Sequence record: NC_049850.1
DNA length: 64,000 nucleotides
Reading direction: 5' to 3' (one strand)
Part shown: piece after piece, positions 58,013-64,000 of the stretch
How positions within the stretch are numbered: position 1 is the first letter of the stretch
Layout: the number at the start of each line of letters is the position of its first letter
Made by a program: the position numbers and the translations under genes
The notes under the pieces: generated by a model
Told to the model about the DNA's origin: nothing
Databases searched by the model: none
What the model saw: only the letters and a program-made list of their open reading frames with translations

Positions 58013-58160
58013 GGCCAGCCACCTCCACGTGAGCCACGCATTTCAGGCCCGTAGTGTATTCGATGAATGCCGCGCACTCCCAGTGCTTTTCGGCCGCACG
58101 GTCTGCGGCACCTGCGAGCGCCGCGAGAAGCAGAATCGCACCCAGAATCATCTGTTTCAT
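57999..58160 (-). CDS. Small secreted/membrane protein (53 aa, not in track)
   Basis: MKQMILGAILLLAALAGAA...; GGAGG RBS. Confidence 0.6.
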   Translation of the reverse strand: MKQMILGAILLLAALAGAADRAAEKHWECAAFIEYTTGLKCVAHVEVAGHEAD

Positions 58161-58190
58161 GGAAACCTCCCCGATGTCTAAAGCGCTACT

Positions 58191-59485
58191 TTACACGCCC
58201 GGCGACTGCCGCGCAACAGAAATATCATGCTTTTTGTACGCGGCCTCGCAAACCACGTCCGCGCTCAGCCAGTTGGCAGCGGCCACACGCTTCATCGCCT
58301 TCACCCACTCGCGACGGAACGCCACGGAATCGGCACCGAACGAGGCCAGCGCGTCGTGCTCGAATTGCATGGAACTGAGCATTTGACGGTGCGGCCGAAG
58401 TTGGGCCTGCCATTCGGAGAACGCAGGGTTCTGGCATTCGGTCAGGAGAATCGCGTCGATGTGATTGCCCTCCAGTGATCGATCGTACAGGTCGTCCGGG
58501 ATCGCGTGTCCAACCACGCACTTACAGCCGTTGTCGCCCCTGTACATGCAACCCCAGCCTCCGTCCATCTTCGTGATGGTGGAAGGGCGGCCCTGCTCCA
58601 GAATAGCGAGTGCGAGGTGGTCGAACAGGATTTGTCGTGCGTCTCGAATGTCGTCGTAGCTCATCAGAATTCCTCGTCGTCGTTGGGGGTGGGTTTCACA
58701 CGCGAGAAGAACATCAGTTCCTTCAGGCAGTCCATGCGTGTCGCGCACACCCGCGTCGCATGCAGAGGATCACCGTCGTCGCCATCGGGCCATAGCATAG
58801 CCACGAATTTGTTGTCGCCTTCAGTGCTGATCGTGATCGTTTTGTGGTTCACCGTAAACCACGCGATGATCTGTTCCGGTCCGTACTGGGGAATCTTGCC
58901 CTCTTTCTTCACCCGGTTTGCCAGTGCCTCGATGGCGCGAACGTACGTCGGGCCCATTGCTTCGAGGCCAATAACACCGTCCCAGCGTACGACCACCGCG
59001 TCCGGTGCCGAGGTCACGACACGGATACGCTGGCCCTGAGTATTCAGGAACTGGAGCAGCGTCGCGATGGACATGCTTTCGGTGAAACCCGTAGGCTCCT
59101 TGGCAACCTTCATGCCCTTGGCCTTGCGTTGCGACACGCCCTCGTCGGCACTCACGTACACGTTGACGACGCCGTTGCCGACGTAGGTCGCAGTATCACC
59201 GAAAACCTTTTGATCGTGGCTCGTGGCCTTGGTCCGGAGTTCGGGAATCGATTGGAAAGTGCAGTGTTCGAAAGCGCGGCGGCCGTCCGAGAACAGCGCG
59301 TGCACCCGCACCACGTGTGGGGTCAGGTATACCGTCTTGTACTTCTTGTTGCTGAACGTGTGATTCATCGTGGGCCAACGACGGCGCGCGTCCGCCAGAG
59401 CATCTGCTTCCGTTTCGTAGTTCAACGCCATATCGTTCAGCGTATCGTGGTTCATGATCTTCCATTGTTTGGGCAACGCCGCCAT
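58191..59485 (-). CDS. Two hypothetical proteins (58191-58664 with CMYRGDNGCKCVVG motif; 58664-59485)
   Basis: TGATG overlap; AAGGAGG RBS. Confidence 0.7.
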
Positions 59486-59518
59486 GCTCTGCTTCCTCCT
59501 TGTTAATCGATGGGCCGG

Positions 59519-59547
59519 ATTCTACTGCGCGTTCAACGCCGTGTCAA
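59519..59547 (-). promoter_or_regulatory. sigma70-type promoter
   Basis: Minus strand TTGACA-N17-TAGAAT. Confidence 0.9.
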
Positions 59548-59870
59548 CGCCGTTCGATGATCATGTACTGGGTGCCGCGCACGTCCGGGTTGGTGCGCAG
59601 ACGACGCGTCAGCCCCGGCCACCGGTTATCCGCATCGTCTTCCGATTCCGTGTGGTACAGGTAGAACCGACGCCACTGATGCTCCGAGGTCTCCATGTCG
59701 ATCTCCAGCACGTCCACGTAGTCTTCGCCCCGGCTGGTCTCCGCCAGATCGAGACGCTTCAGAATTTGGTCTTCCGACAGCGGCTGTCCCGACAGCACTT
59801 CATCCACGTAATCGTTGTGGGCACCGCTCGGATAATACTGATGGTGTGCAAAAATCATGGTCTTCAGCAT
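59544..59870 (-). CDS. Hypothetical protein
   Basis: GGAG RBS. Confidence 0.65.
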   Translation of the reverse strand: MLKTMIFAHHQYYPSGAHNDYVDEVLSGQPLSEDQILKRLDLAETSRGEDYVDVLEIDMETSEHQWRRFYLYHTESEDDADNRWPGLTRRLRTNPDVRGTQYMIIERR

Positions 59871-59883
59871 TTTCTCTCCATAA

Positions 59884-59920
59884 ACAAAAACAGGGGAACC
59901 ACATTGTATGGTTCCCCTGT
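59884..59920 (-). terminator. Intrinsic terminator
   Basis: Minus strand ACAGGGGAACCAT-ACA-ATGTGGTTCCCCTGT followed by TTTTGTTT. Confidence 0.85.
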
Positions 59921-59927
59921 CTGGGTG

Positions 59928-61241
59928 TCAATAATTTAGCCGTTCGTCTTCTTTGGCCCAGCCCGCGAGTACCGCGTCTGCCGCCTCGTCGCAATCTGCT
60001 CCGTGCAGTGCGCGCGTCACCGGGACCGCGCCTTCTTCCGACAGGTACAGGCACGCGAACACCGAACCGCTCTTGATCGGCAGCGGATGGCTGATGGCAT
60101 CGTAACGTGCGGCGGCCAGTGCATTGTTCTCGATCTCGGTGCGCAGGTCACGAAAGCGCTGCCGCAACGCGTCGTCTGCGCCCGTATCACGCTTGAGCAC
60201 GATTTCGATGTAGTTCAACAGTGCCACGTCTTGCTTGCTCAGCACGGTCATGTGTTCTCCTTCATGGGTTGTGGAAGTTCGTCGTAATACTGATGGGCAC
60301 ACAGCCAGTCGTAGATGAGAGGTGCCGCTTTGAGGTCGTCTGCGTAGAACAGTTCGAGCCATGACCCCTTGATGTAGAGGTTGCAGAACCGCTGTCCCAT
60401 GCGCAGGCCGTCGTTGAGCCGCTTGTGCTCACTCACAAACTGCATGTGTGCCGCGTTGATCACGATGATCTCCTATTTGATGACCAGATGGAAGAGGAAG
60501 TACAGGACACACGGAATCCCGATACCGACAATGATACCGGTGGCCGTCGCATTGTCCTCTGCATCATGGAACACGCCACGCACCTTCATGAACGTGAGCA
60601 TCAGGATCATGACGGCGCAGCACGCTGCTACCAAGAACAGAATGGTATCGTCTGCGCTCATGATCAGCCTCGCGCCCGGATGTAGGCCATAGCCTTGTCG
60701 AACGCCTCTTCGAACTCGCGCTCCGTACTCGCGTACTCGCCGCTGCCCCAGAAGTAGTCGAGGCCGCCCTCGTGCTCGATGCTCAGGCACGTGGGTTTGA
60801 CCGATACCGAATACTGTGCGTAGTCGCCCACGCCGTAGGTGAAACGCACCTCGACTGTGCGGTCTGCGTCGACGCGCTGGTAGATGCGATGGACAACGGC
60901 ACCGTCACCTTCGTCCTCGTCGTCGCGCCGGAAGATCGGGACCTCGATGTTGACGTGGGCCGTGCGTCGCTGGGTGTAGTGCAGAACGTGTTCCATCATT
61001 CCTCCTTGAACGTTACATCGTCTCCGCGATCATAGGCTTCCGCCAGATCAGCGGCCTGCTCGCGCATTTGCTGAGCCAGATTCGAATGATACGCGGATGA
61101 ACTCGGCATGTCAAATGCATCTGCCTCGACGGCCCACGAATCGTGCAGGTCAGCCAGCGCCCGCAGCGCCTGCGGTGACTGCGAGAGCATGCGCGACTCC
61201 TGCTCCCCGATCTTGAACGTTCGGAATACGCGATCAGCCAT
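59928..61241 (-). CDS. Five hypothetical proteins (59928-60251, 60248-60463, 60473-60661 TM, 60664-60999, 60996-61241)
   Basis: Coupled ORFs with RBSs. Confidence 0.65.
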
Positions 61242-61251
61242 TTTGAAGTCC

Positions 61252-61479
61252 TTAAGAATGAGGAATCGGGCCGCGATCCGACTCCATCGCGTAGATGTAG
61301 GTGGCACCCCAGCCGAGCGCAGACCATCCGGTCAGCAGGTTGAGCACGGCGATGCCAAACACACGGTGGTGTTCACGGCTGATCGCAACGTACGTGGGCA
61401 CGAAGTACATGAATATGAGGATCGCGCCCCCGATGATCGACCACGCGTCGCCCCAGTTGAGGGTCAGGGTAATCAGCAT
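61252..61479 (-). CDS. Superinfection immunity protein (T4 Imm-like) 1
   Basis: YFVPTYVAISREH...IAVLNLLTGWSALGW. Confidence 0.85.
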   Translation of the reverse strand: MLITLTLNWGDAWSIIGGAILIFMYFVPTYVAISREHHRVFGIAVLNLLTGWSALGWGATYIYAMESDRGPIPHS

Positions 61480-61673
61480 CACGCCTTCCGTTGGTTCGTG
61501 AACGCCCACACGAGAGCGCCGCCCCAGCCGATCAGCGACCAGCCGAATACGATGTTCAGGGCCGCGATAGCCGTTACCTGCGGGTGTGCGCGGCGGACTG
61601 CCACGATGGTCGGGGCCATGTACAGAACCACGGCCATGACCACGACGCAGATTGTTACGATGAAGCCAAACAT
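61479..61673 (-). CDS. Superinfection immunity protein (T4 Imm-like) 2
   Basis: YMAPTIVAVRRAH...IAALNIVFGWSLIGWGGALVWA. Confidence 0.88.
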   Translation of the reverse strand: MFGFIVTICVVVMAVVLYMAPTIVAVRRAHPQVTAIAALNIVFGWSLIGWGGALVWAFTNQRKA

Positions 61674-61682
61674 TTTCTCTCC

Positions 61683-62298
61683 TTACGCGGTTTTGAGAAG
61701 TTTTTCACGGATACGTTGAGCGAACGCGTGTTGGATCACCTGTGCCTTGCTCATTTCGAGGCTGGTATCCCCGATTTCCGCGTCCATCAGACGAAGGATA
61801 CGGAGAATGACACGGTGCTCCAGTTCACGTGTGGTCGCGATGTCGGGCTGGACCTCGGCCACGCTTAGCAGCCACTGGGCGAACGCGTACACCTCGTCAT
61901 CGTCGGCCACGATCTTGAACTGGGAATACGCCATGTTCGAAAGCAGGTTAGCCGTATCGTAGCTGTCGACGCCCCGGATTTTCACCTCATTCGTCAGCAT
62001 CGGCAATCCTGAAAACGAATTCGGTCTTGACACTGGGACGCAGGATCACGTCCGCTGCGTACACGATGTCGCCTACATGTCCTTCACGCAGGTACTGCAC
62101 GCTGTCAATCAGCTTGATCGCGGCCACGATTTCGCGGTCTCCGGATTCGCCCTCCGAAAACAGGGCCGCCGAGCCCAAATATGTAGTCCAGTACGGACTG
62201 CCGTGATCGGTGGCGTACGCGAAATACAAGAGGCGGCCGTTTTGCTGCTGACACACGAGCATGCGTTTCAGCGGCGGTTGCTTGAATTCAATTGGCAC
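61683..62298 (-). CDS. Two hypothetical proteins (61683-62000, 61987-62298)
   Basis: Overlapping ORFs. Confidence 0.6.
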
Positions 62299-62827
62299 CG
62301 GAGCCCCCGCACACTTTGTTGATGAGGTCCCAGTACAGATCGATCATGAGTTCCGCGATCTCGTAGACCCGGTGGAAGCCCATGAAATCCTCCAGATCGA
62401 CTGCGAACAGGGATTCGAGGTGCTTCTTCACCATCTGGTACGCTTCGTCCGTGTAGCCGAGATCGGTGTACAGATCGTCGGAAAGGCCGATGTAGAACGT
62501 CTCGGCCCGCTTGTTCGGACAGTTGTAGCACAGGACACCGCGAACCACGGTCTTCACGAATTCCGCGACTTCCACACGGTTGGCCACATTCGGATACTCC
62601 ACGTCATAGAACGGGAACACGGTCATGTAGTACTTGCCGTTTTCCAGAACCGTGAACTTGGGGTTGGGCGTCACGATAACGCCTTGATCCTTGACCGGCT
62701 CCTTGTTGGGGCCGACGCCTAGCGCCGCACCCCACGCAGCCTGAAGGTCGGCAGGCAGGATGTAGCCACGCACTTGCAGCACTTCTCGGTGGTAGCGTTC
62801 CCACCACTGTTCGAAATTTTCAGCCAC
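62288..62827 (-). CDS. Protein with C-terminal ACP-like domain (Ser position occupied by Asp)
   Basis: FVKTVVRGVL...DLYTDLGYTDEAYQMVKKHLESLFAVDL...RVYEIAELM. Confidence 0.55.
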   Translation of the reverse strand: MAENFEQWWERYHREVLQVRGYILPADLQAAWGAALGVGPNKEPVKDQGVIVTPNPKFTVLENGKYYMTVFPFYDVEYPNVANRVEVAEFVKTVVRGVLCYNCPNKRAETFYIGLSDDLYTDLGYTDEAYQMVKKHLESLFAVDLEDFMGFHRVYEIAELMIDLYWDLINKVCGGSGAN

Positions 62828-63982
62828 CGTTCGTTCTCCCGAAAAGCTTGTCCATAGATTTGTCGAAACTGATGTCGACGAGCAGGAAACAGGCGGCCAT
62901 TGCCATAAAGTAGGCCCCCTTATCGAACCTCTCGAACGCTACCGCGTCGACAGCGCCCACGAGCATAACAATGCCCGCCACCAATTTAAACATTCCCACC
63001 CTCCAGTTCGCCCTGAGCCAGAACCCGGATCATGGGGTTCGTGAAAGCCACGTTGAAACTGTCGATGCGTTCGGCACTCACGTCGGCAAGCAGCGTGAAT
63101 GCTTGCGTTCCGAACTCACGCTGAAAATGCCACACGGGAACGCGCACGTCGGTCTGCCCCAAGCAGTACGCTACATACGGCGCAATCTGGTTCAGCGTTG
63201 CTTGATCGGGAACCACGATCACGACAGCCGGATTGTCGGCGTTAAGTGCATCGTACATCACGTTGTCGATCCACTCGAACAGACGCCCCGGGATGATGTG
63301 GTCCCGGTCGTGCGTGCCCACGAACGCGGTTTCGTGATACACGTCGCAGTCGCTGTAAATCAGCGTATGCTTCTCGTCGCTGGGTGCGTCGAACGCCACC
63401 GGCTGCTGGATCGACCATCCGTTGCGCTCCGCATCGAACGAGACGCGGATGCCTCGCGACATGCGCACGCTTTCCTGATCGATCTCGACGACGCGGACAC
63501 GCTGACCCTGATCTGGTGGCTGAACGTCCGGATACGTGAGCGTGACGTACAGAGTGCCCCGCTCGTTGTCGTGCACGTCGTAGTTTCGCTCACAGTAGTC
63601 CGAACGGAAGGCCAGCGGCGCGTCCATGAGCGTACGGATACGACGACGCACGGTCGCGGCGCTACTACAGTCCAGCATGCGGGAGATTTCCTCCAGTTCG
63701 CTACGCAAATCCCTGTGGCTCATCTTATACCCCCGTCATACGAACGACAGCGTACGGATTGGGTTTGACGTGGAAATCACCGAACGATTCAGCCACGTTC
63801 CAGTCGCGTCGACCAGTCGGGCTGATAACCGTGGTCACGGCCACCAGATCGCGCGTGTTCAGCTTGCCCGTCGCCCGGTCACGCCCGTAGTGAAGGCGGT
63901 ACTCGTGGTCGTACAGGATTCCGGCGTCGATACGTTTGATGTAGGCTTCACGTGCAGCCGCAGTCTGGAACGTTCGGTGCAT
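62820..63982 (-). CDS. Three hypothetical proteins (62820-62993 TM, not in track; 62986-63723; 63725-63982)
   Basis: Coupled ORFs. Confidence 0.65.
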
Positions 63983-64000
63983 GTTGTACTGGTCCTCGCG

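Noticed and set aside
1-64000. tRNA, rRNA, integrase, transposase, homing endonuclease or intein
   Set aside because: No cloverleaf or T-loop in intergenic space and no relevant motifs seen by eye; DnaB and the helicases have normal lengths. tRNAscan/HMM runs would be needed to be certain

Overview
The window is a 64-kb segment of a large, probably jumbo, tailed dsDNA phage of a high-GC host. The host is probably proteobacterial (inference). No integrase, rRNA, tRNA or CRISPR array was seen. The left 25 kb is a replication/recombination block: 5'-3' exonuclease, Cas4-like nuclease, DnaX-like clamp loader, Rad50/SbcC ATPase, beta-clamp, SF2 helicase, a degenerate DnaC-like protein and DnaB. 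Late-type genes are interspersed (LydA-like holin, GH19 endolysin, 811-aa tail fibre). From about 25 kb, two arrays of small early/host-takeover genes, driven by about 13 near-consensus sigma70 promoters, converge on a terminator at 48.5 kb. Beside it lie an SF2-helicase-like gene and a hairpin-rich non-coding region that could be a replication origin. The most unusual observations are: (1) a tandem array of 13 diverged paralogues (53.1-58.0 kb, plus 2 outliers at 35.5 kb) whose conserved C-terminal codons also form the ribosome-binding site of the next gene; (2) four acyl-carrier-protein-like domains, all lacking the phosphopantetheine serine; (3) two ribosome-modulation-factor-like genes flanking a Thg1-like 3'-5' polymerase, in a region that also encodes an Rnl1 RNA ligase, an RlaP-type nucleotidyltransferase and an S4-like protein; (4) two candidate phage-specific promoter motifs. 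All family assignments come from motif recognition by eye; no database search was run.
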